The notes under the pieces were generated by a model that worked only from the letters and a program-made list of their open reading frames with translations, was not told where the DNA came from and searched no databases. A stretch of DNA of 64,000 nucleotides from Hyphomicrobium sp. (GTDB taxonomy: Bacteria; Pseudomonadota; Alphaproteobacteria; Rhizobiales; Hyphomicrobiaceae): contig NZ_DATAJR010000006.1 in the NCBI RefSeq assembly GCF_036262015.1, forward strand, positions 22,955 through 86,954, in the 5' to 3' direction. Every line of letters begins with the position of its first letter. Within the stretch, counting starts at the first letter, position 1. The position numbers and the translations under genes were made by a program. Shown here one piece after another: positions 21,280 through 31,420 of this stretch.

Positions 21280-21507
21280 TCAGAAGTCGCTGATGATCCC
21301 GCCCTTTTCCCAATCGCCGTAGCGGGTCGGTTCGGGGCCTGCAGGTCCGCCGAGCTCCGGCTGCCGGTCCTCTGCGGTGCGGTCGGCCGCAGCACGGCGC
21401 TCTGCTGCCTCGGCGAGCGCCCGCCGCGCCGCCGGAGAGAGGGCGCTGGTCGGTGCCGCATTGTCGGAAGACGGAGCTGCGGTGGGTTCGTCTTGGCTCT
21501 GGGTCAT
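21280..21507 (-). CDS. DUF1674 protein (SDH assembly factor 4-like)
   Basis: AARRALAEAAERR and ELGGPAGPEPTRYGDWEKGG C-terminal signature. Confidence 0.9.
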   Translation of the reverse strand: MTQSQDEPTAAPSSDNAAPTSALSPAARRALAEAAERRAAADRTAEDRQPELGGPAGPEPTRYGDWEKGGIISDF

Positions 21508-21535
21508 CGGATACCCGAACTCTCTCCCTAAGGAT

Positions 21536-21565
21536 CCTGGTCGTCGGCTCACGTCTTTCCTATAT
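21536..21565 (+). promoter_or_regulatory. Possible RpoH/RpoD-type promoter of htpX
   Basis: CCTGGT-N17-CCTATAT; the -10 matches the alphaproteobacterial consensus, the -35 is imperfect. Confidence 0.35.
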
Positions 21566-21655
21566 AGCAGGACCGAATGTGCGCGCGATGCGGCGTAGCG
21601 GGCATCTGGGCCCGAGCGTCGAATGGCGGTACAGGGTTGGAGTGACGGAATGCCG

Positions 21656-22612
21656 ATGAACTACGCCAAGACTGCTGCCCTTCTCGCGGCTTTGACCGCG
21701 ATTTTCGTCGCTTTGGGCGCGGCGATCGGCGGCCAGCAGGGAATGATCATCGCTTTTTTTGTGGCGCTCGCCATGAACGTGTTCAGCTTCTGGAATTCGG
21801 ACACCATGGTCCTCAAGATGTTCGGGGCCCATGAGGTCGACGAGCGGTCCGCGCCCGAATACTACGGCCTCGTTCGCGATCTGGCGCAGCGGGCCGGCCT
21901 GCCGATGCCGCGCGTCTATGTCATGGAGAACCCGCAGCCGAATGCGTTTGCGACCGGCCGCAGCCCGTCCCGCGCGGCCGTCGCCGCGTCCACCGGCTTG
22001 CTCGACATGCTCTCCCGCGAGGAGATCGCCGGCGTCATCGCGCACGAACTTGCGCACATCAAGAACCGCGACACGCTGACCATGACGGTGGCGGCGACGA
22101 TCGGCGGCGCAATCTCCATGCTCGCCCAGTATCTGCAATTCGGCATGATGTTCGGCGGCCATCGCGATGAGCGCGGAGGCGGCATCGGCATGATCGGCGC
22201 GCTCCTCGCCATGCTCGTGGCGCCGTTCGCCGCCATGCTGGTGCAAATGGCGATCAGCCGGTCGCGCGAGTACAGCGCCGACCGCATGGGCGCGCTCATC
22301 TGCGGCAACCCTCTTTGGCTCTCGTCGGCGCTGATGAAGATCGATACCGCTGCGCGCCGCATTCCGAATGAGGAAGCCGAACAGGTTCCCGCCGCTGCGC
22401 ATATGTTCATCATCAATCCGCTGACCGGGCAGGGCATGGACAACCTGTTCTCGACCCACCCGAATACGGAGAACCGTATCGCTGCTCTTGAGGCGCTGGC
22501 GCAGGAGATGCGCCGCTCGGGCATCGACCTTGGCGGCCGGCTCCCGTCTGGCCAAACCGGCTCCTCCGGTCCATGGTCGGGACCGTCGCAATCCGGCGGT
22601 CCTTGGGGCTAA
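21656..22612 (+). CDS. htpX: Zinc metalloprotease HtpX
   Basis: [29 protein letters not shown]. Confidence 0.95.
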   Translation: MNYAKTAALLAALTAIFVALGAAIGGQQGMIIAFFVALAMNVFSFWNSDTMVLKMFGAHEVDERSAPEYYGLVRDLAQRAGLPMPRVYVMENPQPNAFATGRSPSRAAVAASTGLLDMLSREEIAGVIAHELAHIKNRDTLTMTVAATIGGAISMLAQYLQFGMMFGGHRDERGGGIGMIGALLAMLVAPFAAMLVQMAISRSREYSADRMGALICGNPLWLSSALMKIDTAARRIPNEEAEQVPAAAHMFIINPLTGQGMDNLFSTHPNTENRIAALEALAQEMRRSGIDLGGRLPSGQTGSSGPWSGPSQSGGPWG

Positions 22613-22737
22613 AGAGCACGGTGAAATCATCCGCTTGACGGACCTGCGCTCTCCCGCCAAGGAAGCGCAGGCAGGCCGCCGCGATCGTGCCGCGGGCTGC
22701 ACTTGATCCTTCAGCGCAACTTCGGTCCAACGCCTCG

Positions 22738-24081
22738 ATGCCCTCTCCGCCACACCATGCGCAGCGTCCGAAGCCCTCCGGCTATTCGGCGCGCGCGCTT
22801 GCCGTTGGCGCTCTCGCTGCCATCCTGGACAAGGGCCGTCCCCTCGAGGACGCCTTCGAAGCCGGTGTTGAGCGCTCCGGCGTCCGCGAGCCGCGTGACA
22901 GGGCGCTGGCCCGTCTGATCGTCATGACCGTGCTCCGCCACAAGGGGGAGCTGCAATCAGTCATCAATTCCTTCTTGGAAAAACCCCTGCCCGCGGACTG
23001 CGGACGCCTCCATCCCATCCTGCTATCCGCCGCAGCGCAGCTCCTGCTTCTCGATACGCCGCCCCATGCAGCGATCAGTATTGCGGTCGACCAGTGCCGG
23101 GAAGATCGCAAGACGCAACGCTTCGACAAGCTCACCAATGCGGTTCTGCGGCGTGTGTCCACGGCCGGCAAGGAGATCATGGCGCGCGCGGATCCCGTCG
23201 CCGCCAACGTGCCGACCTGGCTGATGTCGCGCTGGAGCGAGGCGTACGGCGACGTGTTGGCGCGTGAGATCGCGGCCGCCTCGTTGCGCGAGGCGCCGCT
23301 CGATCTCTCCGTCAAGTCGGAGGCCGAAGCCTGGGCCTCGCGCTTGGGCGGGGAGGTGCTTTCAACGGGATCCGTGCGCCTCGCGCGCGCCGGACGCGTT
23401 GAGGATCTGGAAGGCTATGTCGATGGGGCCTGGTGGGTTCAGGATGCAGCGGCGGCCCTGCCTGCACGCCTGCTTGGCCCGGTCTCGGGTCTGCGTGTTG
23501 CCGATCTCTGCGCCGCTCCCGGCGGAAAGACGGCGCAGCTCGCAGCATGGGGCGCGAAGGTCACGGCGGTGGATCACTCGGCGACCCGGATCCGGCGGCT
23601 GAAGGAGAACCTCGCGCGGCTTGCGCTCGAAGCGGAAATTGTCGAGGCGGACGTTACGACCTGGAAGCCCGCTGACAGCGTTGATGCCGTGTTGCTCGAC
23701 GCGCCCTGCAGCGCCACCGGAACCATTCGGCGCCATCCGGATATTCTCCACCTCAAGCGCAAGGACGACGTTTCGGAGCGTGTCGCGCTCCAGCGGCGTC
23801 TGCTCGATCAGGCGGCCTCGATCGTGCGGCCGGGGGGACGGCTGGTCTACTGCACGTGCTCGCTCGAACCCGAAGAGGGCCCGGCCCAGGTGGCGCGCTT
23901 CCTGGCCGATCAAGCGGATTTTGTCCGCGTCCCGGTCGCGGCCGGAGAGGCCGGCATCCCTGCGGATTGGCTCACGCCCGACGGTGATCTGCGCACCTTG
24001 CCGAACCATCTTTCACGAGCCGAACCGGGGCTTTCCGGGCTCGACGGGTTTTATGCCGCACGCCTGCAAAAGCAGGCTTGA
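22738..24081 (+). CDS. rsmB: RsmB/NOP-family RNA m5C methyltransferase with NusB-like N-domain
   Basis: VQDAAA, DLCAAPGGKT, DAPCSATGTIRRHPD, YCTCSL. Confidence 0.88.
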   Translation: MPSPPHHAQRPKPSGYSARALAVGALAAILDKGRPLEDAFEAGVERSGVREPRDRALARLIVMTVLRHKGELQSVINSFLEKPLPADCGRLHPILLSAAAQLLLLDTPPHAAISIAVDQCREDRKTQRFDKLTNAVLRRVSTAGKEIMARADPVAANVPTWLMSRWSEAYGDVLAREIAAASLREAPLDLSVKSEAEAWASRLGGEVLSTGSVRLARAGRVEDLEGYVDGAWWVQDAAAALPARLLGPVSGLRVADLCAAPGGKTAQLAAWGAKVTAVDHSATRIRRLKENLARLALEAEIVEADVTTWKPADSVDAVLLDAPCSATGTIRRHPDILHLKRKDDVSERVALQRRLLDQAASIVRPGGRLVYCTCSLEPEEGPAQVARFLADQADFVRVPVAAGEAGIPADWLTPDGDLRTLPNHLSRAEPGLSGLDGFYAARLQKQA

Positions 24082-24182
24082 GCCTAAGATTTACCCACCG
24101 TTCTTGCGCATGAAATCACGCCGCAGATTGAGGAGGGAAACCGGCATGCTACCATCGGCCGGAAGCCAGTCGGCATCTGCGG

Positions 24183-24287
24183 CTAGAGTGCTTCCGGAAA
24201 AGTGGGAACCGGTTTTCCGATAAGAAGCACGACAAAACAAAGAACTAGGGTCGGTCCGCGTTTCAACTAAAGCCGGAACGACCCTAG
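24183..24287. mobile_element. 105-bp palindromic mini-element (Bru-RS-like, MITE-like), copy 1
   Basis: Bounded by CTAG at both ends; two internal stem-loops; near-identical copy at 57945-58049. Confidence 0.8.
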
Positions 24288-24320
24288 ATCTATCGCTGTT
24301 GGCGCGGCCTGAGGGGTGGA

Positions 24321-26021
24321 ATGGCGCGGCTCAAGCTTTCGGAGCGGATCAGAATTACGCATCTCGCTGCAGATCGCCTGCGGCGCGGCGCGATTTCGTC
24401 CGTCCTCTACTCGCCGCCCTTCCGCTGGCAGTTCGGTGCAACCGCCTCCGAGCAGCTTCTGATCGTCCCGCAGGATTTGCGCACCGCCGACCCGAGTTTC
24501 TGGGCGGAAGTCGAAGTTGGACAGTTTGGCCTTGCCGGTGCCGTGGCGATGGCCGACGAGATCTCGCCGTTCGATCTCGTGCCGCCGGGTGAAGGCTGGG
24601 CGCAGGAGCTGCACGGCTTTGGCTGGTTGCGTCACCTCGCAGCCGCGGCCCGGCCCGAGGCCCGTGAGACGGCACGCCTTCTCGCCGCCGAATGGGCACT
24701 GCGCCATCGGGGGGGCGGCGGGGGGCTGGCGTGGGAGCCGGACGTCACTGGACGCCGCCTCATCTCCTGGATCTCTCATTCGGCACTGCTGCTCGAAGAT
24801 GCCGACGCAGAGACGTACGATATCCTGACCGAGAGCCTTGGTATCCAGCTCGTCCACTTGGCCGCGAGCTGGCGCAACAGTCCGAGCGGCTATCCACGGC
24901 TTCTTTCGCTTCTGGCGTTGCTGCTCGCACAGCTCTGCATCTCCGGGCACGAAGGACAGGTCCCCGAAACCGAGAAGATGTTCGTGCAGGAGCTGGATCG
25001 TCAGATCCTCTCCGATGGCGGTCACATCAGCCGCAATCCCGGCATCCTCGTGGAGCTGATCCTCGACCTCTTGCCGCTCCGCCAGTGCTTTGTCGCACGC
25101 AGCCGCACGGCACCGCCGGAGCTCGGCACGGTCCTGAGGTCGATGCTGGCCATGCTGAAATACATGCGCCTTGGCGATGGGATGCTCGCCCGTTTCAACG
25201 GGATGGGTGTCGCTTCACCCGCGGGCCTCGCGACCGTGCTCGTCTATGACGACAACCCCGGCACCATCCCGACCGCGGCACCCGCCTCGCGCTATTTGAG
25301 GATCGAACGCGGCGTCTCCACGCTCATCATGGATGCCGGCTCTCCCCCACCGCTCGAAGCGGCAGCAGAAGCGCATGCCGGCTGTTTGTCATTCGAATTC
25401 AGCGTCGGCACCGAGCTCATGCTCGTCAATGGCGGCGCGCCGTCGGCGTCGAATAGCGAATGGCGCGCGGCCTCCCGCGCGACGGCAAGCCACAACACGC
25501 TCTGTCTGCGCGAAAAGTCGTCCTCGAAACTGATCCGGCATAAGACGCTCGAAGAGCTGGTGGGCGGTCCCCCGATCCGCTACCCCGACGAGGTTGAAGC
25601 GAGGATCCGAGCCCACGACGACACGCTTGAGATCGAAGCGCAGCACAACGGCTACATCCGCCGTTTCGAGCTGTTGCACCGGCGCACACTCGCGCTCAAC
25701 GGCTCCGGACGCCGCTTGTTGGGTATCGACCGCCTGTCCGGCAGGCAAGGTACGCTGCGCCTACGCCAGGACATTCCTTTCGCCGTCCACTTCCACCTTC
25801 ACCCGGCGGTGCGCTGCCGGCGCAGTGACAACCCGAACGTCGCCATCATCCAGCTCCCGAGTGGCGATACCTGGTGGTTCAGCCTCGAAGGCGCGCACCT
25901 CGCCATCGAGGAAAGCACGTACTTCGCCGATTCCGCTGGCCCACGGCGCTCCCTGCAAATCGTTGCGCGGGGCGCCACCTTCGGAGAGACAGAGGTGCGC
26001 TGGGTGGTGGAAGGCCAGTAG
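24321..26021 (+). CDS. Heparinase II/III-like family protein
   Basis: LHGFGWLRHL, DGGHISRNP, AHAGCLSFEFS, SRATASHNTL; typical position upstream of purH in alphaproteobacteria. Confidence 0.85.
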   Translation: MARLKLSERIRITHLAADRLRRGAISSVLYSPPFRWQFGATASEQLLIVPQDLRTADPSFWAEVEVGQFGLAGAVAMADEISPFDLVPPGEGWAQELHGFGWLRHLAAAARPEARETARLLAAEWALRHRGGGGGLAWEPDVTGRRLISWISHSALLLEDADAETYDILTESLGIQLVHLAASWRNSPSGYPRLLSLLALLLAQLCISGHEGQVPETEKMFVQELDRQILSDGGHISRNPGILVELILDLLPLRQCFVARSRTAPPELGTVLRSMLAMLKYMRLGDGMLARFNGMGVASPAGLATVLVYDDNPGTIPTAAPASRYLRIERGVSTLIMDAGSPPPLEAAAEAHAGCLSFEFSVGTELMLVNGGAPSASNSEWRAASRATASHNTLCLREKSSSKLIRHKTLEELVGGPPIRYPDEVEARIRAHDDTLEIEAQHNGYIRRFELLHRRTLALNGSGRRLLGIDRLSGRQGTLRLRQDIPFAVHFHLHPAVRCRRSDNPNVAIIQLPSGDTWWFSLEGAHLAIEESTYFADSAGPRRSLQIVARGATFGETEVRWVVEGQ

Positions 26022-26072
26022 ATTTGGTGCTCAAACTCTAAAACACGCAACGTCAAGGATACGTCACGACCG

Positions 26073-27656
26073 ATGCAGGACCCAAACCCGAAGATTCGCC
26101 GCGCGCTCATCTCGCTTTCCGACAAGACGGGGCTCGAGCACCTCGCCCAGGCGCTCGCCGAGCGCAATGTCGAGCTGATCTCGACGGGCGGCACGGCGGC
26201 GAAACTCAAAGGCGCGGGTTTCGCGGTCACCGACGTGGCGGAAGTGACCGGGTTTCCGGAGATCATGGATGGGCGCGTAAAGACGCTGCATCCGAAGATT
26301 CATGGCGGCCTGCTTGGTGTGCGCGGAAATGCCGAGCACGTGAGCCAGGCAGAGAAGCACAAGATCGATCCGATCGATCTCCTGATCGTGAACCTGTACC
26401 CGTTCGAGCAGACGGTTGCGAGCGGCGCTTCGTTCGACGATTGCGTCGAGAACATCGACATCGGCGGTCCGGCCATGATCCGCGCGGCCGCCAAGAACCA
26501 CGCGTCGGTGACGGTCATCGTCGATGGCGCCGACTTCGAGCCCTTGTTGAAGGAAATGTCGGCCCACGGCGGCCGTACGACGCCGGAATTCCGGAAGCGG
26601 CTCGCGGCGAAGGCTTACGCGCGTACGGCGGCCTACGATGGAGCGATCGGCAATTGGCTCGGCGCGGTGGCTGAAAGCTCCGAGGGCTCTGCGGCTGGCT
26701 TTCCGCCGACCTACACCACGCAATACCGCAAAGCGATCGACATGCGGTATGGCGAGAATCCGCATCAGCGCGGCGCATTCTACGTATCCCCCAATGCGCC
26801 TGTTGGAACGGTCGCAAGTGCCAAGCAAATCCTCGGGAAAGAGCTGTCGTACAACAACGTGGCGGACAGCGACGCCGCGCTCGAGTGCGTGAAGGCGTTT
26901 TCTGACAAACCGGCTTGCGTCATCGTCAAGCACGCCAATCCATGCGGCGTGGCGGAAGGCGATACGTTGCTTGCCGCATACGATCGCGCCTATCGCACCG
27001 ATCCCGAGTCCGCATTCGGCGGCATCATCGCGTTCAATCGTGAGCTGGACGCCGAGACCGCCGCGCAGATCGTCGATCGTCAGTTCGTCGAGGTCATCCT
27101 CGCGCCCTCCGTCACGGACCAAGCAAAAGAGGCGGTTGCGGCGAAGAAGAACGTCCGGCTGCTGGTCACCGGAGCTTGGCCGCTTGTTCCTGCGCAGCGT
27201 TTTGACACCAAGACGGTGACAGGCGGTCTGCTGGTGCAGGACGCCGATCTTGCCCTCTACGACAGCTTGCGGATCGTGACCAAACGTCAGCCGACTTCGG
27301 AAGAAATGGCCGATCTCCTGTTTGCCTGGAAGGTGGCCAAGTTCGTGAAGTCGAACGCCATCGTCTATGCCAAGGGCGGCGCGACGGTTGGCATCGGCGC
27401 CGGCCAAATGAGTCGGGTGAACTCCTCGCGCATCGCGGCCATCAAGGCGGAGATGGCCGGTCTCGACGTCAAGGACTCGGCGGTTGCATCCGATGCCTTC
27501 TTCCCATTCGCGGATGGATTGCTTGCTGCAGCGGAAGCCGGCGCCACGGCCGTCATTCAGCCTGGTGGCTCCATGCGCGACGAGGAGGTCATCCGTGCTG
27601 CCGATGAGCAAGGTCTCGCGATGGTGCTGACCGGCATGCGTCATTTCCGGCACTAG
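26073..27656 (+). CDS. purH: Bifunctional AICAR transformylase/IMP cyclohydrolase
   Basis: [55 protein letters not shown]. Confidence 0.98.
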   Translation: MQDPNPKIRRALISLSDKTGLEHLAQALAERNVELISTGGTAAKLKGAGFAVTDVAEVTGFPEIMDGRVKTLHPKIHGGLLGVRGNAEHVSQAEKHKIDPIDLLIVNLYPFEQTVASGASFDDCVENIDIGGPAMIRAAAKNHASVTVIVDGADFEPLLKEMSAHGGRTTPEFRKRLAAKAYARTAAYDGAIGNWLGAVAESSEGSAAGFPPTYTTQYRKAIDMRYGENPHQRGAFYVSPNAPVGTVASAKQILGKELSYNNVADSDAALECVKAFSDKPACVIVKHANPCGVAEGDTLLAAYDRAYRTDPESAFGGIIAFNRELDAETAAQIVDRQFVEVILAPSVTDQAKEAVAAKKNVRLLVTGAWPLVPAQRFDTKTVTGGLLVQDADLALYDSLRIVTKRQPTSEEMADLLFAWKVAKFVKSNAIVYAKGGATVGIGAGQMSRVNSSRIAAIKAEMAGLDVKDSAVASDAFFPFADGLLAAAEAGATAVIQPGGSMRDEEVIRAADEQGLAMVLTGMRHFRH

Positions 27657-27672
27657 ACCATAAAGATATGTG

Positions 27673-28170
27673 ATGGCGGCCCGCATAACCCTGAAGCCAG
27701 CGACGCGGGCCGACTTCGCCCTCATTCGACGCTGGCTGGCCATGCCGGACATTCAGGACTGGTGGGGGCCGGTCTCCGCGACCGAAGCCGAAGTCAACAT
27801 GGCTCTCGCTTCGGAGCACGCCCTCTGCCGCTTGATCGAAGCAGATGGCGGGCCCGTCGGCTATGCTCACGCCGTCGACGCGACACTGTGGGGCGACAAC
27901 CTTCCCGACGAACTCGAGCCCGGAACCTGGGATCTCGATCTCTTCGTCGCTGCCGAAGAGCATCGCGGCAAGGGCGTAGGCCAAGTCGCGCTTGCGCTGC
28001 TGCGCGACGAGGTCTTCGCAACGACGCTTGCCGTTGCGGTATGCGTCTTCCCATCGGTCAAGAACGAGCGGGCTGTGCGCGCTTACGAGAAGGCTGGCTT
28101 TCGCTGGCAGCGGGTCTGGCACGATCCGCAAACCGGACCGGCTTGGTTCATGGTCGCGCGGCGGCCGTAG
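27673..28170 (+). CDS. GNAT-family N-acetyltransferase (AAC(6')-Ib/siderophore-acetylase-like fold)
   Basis: RWLAMPDIQDWWG, HRGKGVG, NERAVRAYEKAGF. Confidence 0.85.
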   Translation: MAARITLKPATRADFALIRRWLAMPDIQDWWGPVSATEAEVNMALASEHALCRLIEADGGPVGYAHAVDATLWGDNLPDELEPGTWDLDLFVAAEEHRGKGVGQVALALLRDEVFATTLAVAVCVFPSVKNERAVRAYEKAGFRWQRVWHDPQTGPAWFMVARRP

Positions 28171-28304
28171 GCGTCCGCAGTTCGTTGAATCTGCACCGGG
28201 AGCGCATTCGTACTTCCGACGTCAAACGTTCGTATAATTATTTCGATTAAATTGGAGGCAAATCGCGCCTTCGGCGGCGCTCGGGATACCCCAAGGGTAC
28301 GATC

Positions 28305-29969
28305 ATGCGCCTTCTGCTCCTGACCCTCACACCGCGCTACCTTTTGTTAACGGTTGCCGTAACGGGCGCCCTCGTGGTCGCCCTCGCCGCTCTCGCGGCC
28401 CCGTCCGACACCCTCTACGTCACGCTTCCGCTGCTCGCGTTCTTCTCGTTCTTCGCCGCCCTTGGCGTGCGCGACGTGATGCAGACGAAGCATGCCATTC
28501 TGCGCAACTATCCGATTGCAGCGCACCTGCGCTTCATTCTCGAGAATATTCGCCCCGAGATGCGCCAGTACTTCTTCGAAGCGGACAAGGACGGCTCTCC
28601 GTTCCCACGCGACAAGCGCGCTATCGTCTATCAGCGCGCCAAGAAGGAACTCGACAAGCGCCCGTTTGGCACGATGTACGATGTCTATGAGAACCGTTAC
28701 GAGTGGCTGCATCATTCCATGGCGCCGAAGGAGCCGGCGCACGTTCCGTTCCGCATTCTGATCGGCGGACCTCAGTGCGCGCAGCCTTATTCGGCGTCCG
28801 TCTTCAATATCTCCGCGATGAGCTACGGCTCGCTTTCGGCCAATGCCATCCGCGCGCTCAACAAGGGTGCGGCGATGGGCGGTTTCGCGCACGACACGGG
28901 AGAGGGCGGCTTCACGCCTTATCATCGCGAGAATGGCGGTGACATCATCCTTCAGATTGGGTCTGGCTACTTCGCCTGCCGCAATCCAGACGGCTCGTTC
29001 TCACCGGAAAAATTCGCACAGATCTCCGCCAATCCGCAGGTCAAGATGGTGGAGATCAAGCTCTCTCAAGGCGCTAAGCCGGGGCATGGCGGTGTGCTGC
29101 CGGCCGCGAAAGTCACGGAAGAAGTCGCCCGCATCCGCGGCGTCGAGCCGGGACGCGATTGCATTTCTCCGGCACGCCATCCCGCCTTTTCGAATCCCAT
29201 CGAGCTGATGAGCTTCGTCGCCGAGCTGCGTAGATTGTCGGCAGGCAAGCCGATCGGCACCAAGCTCTGCATCGGCCATCCGTGGGAATTCCTCGCCGTG
29301 GTCAAGGCGATGCTCGAGACGGGCATCACGCCGGATTTCATCGTCGTCGATGGCAAGGAGGGCGGCACCGGAGCTGCGCCTCTCGAGTTCATGGACCACA
29401 TGGGAATGCCGCTGCGGGACGGATTGGCGTTCGTCCACTCGGCGCTCGTCGGAGCCAACCTCCGGGACCGCATCAAGATCGGCGCGTCGGGCAAGATCAC
29501 GAGCGCATTCGACTTGGCGCGCGTGATGGCCCTCGGTGCGGACTGGTGCAATGCCGCGCGCGGGTTCATGTTCGCGGTCGGATGCATCCAGGCTCAGCAG
29601 TGCCACACGGACCGTTGCCCCACAGGTGTCGCCACGCAGGATCCCGCGCGCCAGCGCGGCATCGATGTCCCGAGCAAGGCCGAACGTGTTGCCCAGTTCC
29701 ACAAGCAAACGGTGAAGGCGCTGGCTGAACTCATCGCGGCGGCCGGACTGAACCACCCGCATGATCTGAAGCCCCATCACTTCATGCATCGTGCCGCGCC
29801 CGACCGCGTCGTGACATTTGCCGAGCTCTACCGCCCGTTGAAACCGGGCGAGCTGCTCTCGGGCACGAACGATCTCCGCTATGCGCACGCATGGTCTGTC
29901 GCCAATGCGGATAGTTTTGACCCGTACGAAAGCGTCGTGACGCTTCCGCACGTTATCGCAGCCGAGTAG
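28305..29969 (+). CDS. Membrane-anchored FMN-binding glutamate synthase family protein
   Basis: Two N-terminal TM segments, SAMSYGSLS, KLSQGAKPGHGG, DGKEGGTGAAP, CIQAQQCHTDRCPTG Fe-S motif. Confidence 0.9.
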   Translation: MRLLLLTLTPRYLLLTVAVTGALVVALAALAAPSDTLYVTLPLLAFFSFFAALGVRDVMQTKHAILRNYPIAAHLRFILENIRPEMRQYFFEADKDGSPFPRDKRAIVYQRAKKELDKRPFGTMYDVYENRYEWLHHSMAPKEPAHVPFRILIGGPQCAQPYSASVFNISAMSYGSLSANAIRALNKGAAMGGFAHDTGEGGFTPYHRENGGDIILQIGSGYFACRNPDGSFSPEKFAQISANPQVKMVEIKLSQGAKPGHGGVLPAAKVTEEVARIRGVEPGRDCISPARHPAFSNPIELMSFVAELRRLSAGKPIGTKLCIGHPWEFLAVVKAMLETGITPDFIVVDGKEGGTGAAPLEFMDHMGMPLRDGLAFVHSALVGANLRDRIKIGASGKITSAFDLARVMALGADWCNAARGFMFAVGCIQAQQCHTDRCPTGVATQDPARQRGIDVPSKAERVAQFHKQTVKALAELIAAAGLNHPHDLKPHHFMHRAAPDRVVTFAELYRPLKPGELLSGTNDLRYAHAWSVANADSFDPYESVVTLPHVIAAE

Positions 29970-29972
29970 CGC

Positions 29973-31361
29973 TTACGTCGCGGCCTTATGCGGCGCGCGG
30001 ACCGCGAGCATCAGAACAAACCCGGCGATCAGGAAGATCGCAATCGAAGCCATGCCGAGACGCTGGCTGTCCGTCGCCTGCGTGACGGCCGCGACCATCA
30101 GGGGCGCCATGAACGCCGTGACCTTTCCCGAGAAGGCGAACAGGCCGAAGTACTGCGTGATCTTGTCCGGCGGAGCCAATCGTGCGAGGAGCGCACGGCT
30201 CGCGGCCTGGACCGGCGCCGCGACAAGGCCGACGATCACCGCGAACGCCAGAAACACCTTCTCGCCCGTCGAGGAGAAGGGCTCTGAGCCCGCCGCCTTG
30301 GGAACCACCTCGCTGAAGTAGAGGACGTGGTTTGTGTCGACGGAGAGAATTCCGAGCGACCCGGCGAGCAGCAGCAGCAATGAGACGATGATGACGGTCT
30401 TCGATCCGACTCTGTCGTCGAGCACGCCGCCGATCACCGCGCCGAAAACACCGGCCAGCGTCAGCACGATGCCGAATAGACCCAGCTCCATCGCGCCCCA
30501 TCCGAACACAGACGCGCCGTAGATCCCGCCGAAGGCGAAGATCGCCGCCAGGCCGTCCGTATAGATCATGCGCGCGATCAGGAAGAACAGCATGTCGCGA
30601 TGCGACGGCAATTCGCGCAGCGTCTGCCAGAGGACTTCGGTGGCCGGGCGCGTGCCCGCCGCATCCGTACCGCGTCGCGTGTCCGGCACGAACAGGAAGA
30701 ACGGGATCATGAACAACGCATACCAGATCGCGGAGAACGGACCGACCAGCCGGTCGCCCTCGCGCGTCGCAGCGTCGAGCGAGATCAGCGGTTCGAGTCC
30801 GAGCAGCGTGCGACCGGTGGTCGGGTCCCCAACAATAAGCCCGGCCATGATCGCGAGGCTCAACAGCCCGCCCGCGTAGCCGACAGCCCATCCGATGCCG
30901 GAGAGGCGCCCGAGTTCACCCCGTGGCACCAGGCTCGGCATCATCGAATTGGTGAATACGGTCGTGAACTCGGCCATGGCCGTGGCCACCACGAAAGCGG
31001 CCAGGACAAGGGCGATCGTTGCCGTGTCGGCCCCCGGCGCCGCCAGCCAAAGCGTCGCGAGCCCGCCGATGAAGAGGATCGAGAATAACGCCATCCAGGG
31101 CTTGCGACGCCCGCCGCCGTCCGCGACCGCGCCAAGAAACGGGCTGCCGAGCGCGATGATGATGCCGGCGGCCGCCGCTGCGTACCCCCAGAGCGCCTGC
31201 CCTTGGGTCGGATTGGAGGCCACCGCGTTGGCGAAGTACGGCGCGAAAAGAAAAGTCAAAACCAGGGTGTAGTAAGGCTGGGCCGCCCAATCGAAGAGCA
31301 CCCATGAAACGAGCGCCCGGCGTGGTGCGCGCACGTTTGCGGCGGTAGCGGTGTTGAGCAT
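29973..31361 (-). CDS. MFS transporter (UMF1/Atg22-like)
   Basis: SWVLFDWAAQPY, ARMIYTDGL, QYFGLFAFSGK; about 12 TM segments. Confidence 0.9.
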   Translation of the reverse strand: MLNTATAANVRAPRRALVSWVLFDWAAQPYYTLVLTFLFAPYFANAVASNPTQGQALWGYAAAAAGIIIALGSPFLGAVADGGGRRKPWMALFSILFIGGLATLWLAAPGADTATIALVLAAFVVATAMAEFTTVFTNSMMPSLVPRGELGRLSGIGWAVGYAGGLLSLAIMAGLIVGDPTTGRTLLGLEPLISLDAATREGDRLVGPFSAIWYALFMIPFFLFVPDTRRGTDAAGTRPATEVLWQTLRELPSHRDMLFFLIARMIYTDGLAAIFAFGGIYGASVFGWGAMELGLFGIVLTLAGVFGAVIGGVLDDRVGSKTVIIVSLLLLLAGSLGILSVDTNHVLYFSEVVPKAAGSEPFSSTGEKVFLAFAVIVGLVAAPVQAASRALLARLAPPDKITQYFGLFAFSGKVTAFMAPLMVAAVTQATDSQRLGMASIAIFLIAGFVLMLAVRAPHKAAT

Positions 31362-31420
31362 GGTGTCCCCCGGTCTGTTGGCGCGATCTTAGAACAGCCG
31401 GTGGAATTGGGGCATCTTCT

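Noticed and set aside
26064-27752. Long antisense ORFs (e.g. 562 aa opposite purH, 451 aa opposite dcp, 397 aa opposite htpX, 388 aa opposite mic60)
   Set aside because: They shadow well-supported genes, have Arg/Ala/Gly-rich composition and no motifs; expected in high-GC DNA.
27673-28170. Acquired aminoglycoside resistance gene
   Set aside because: Only fold-level resemblance; no attC, integrase or compositional anomaly.
28305-29969. N-methylglutamate synthase subunit MgsC
   Set aside because: Has N-terminal TM helices and lacks neighbouring mgsA/mgsB, gmaS or mgd genes.
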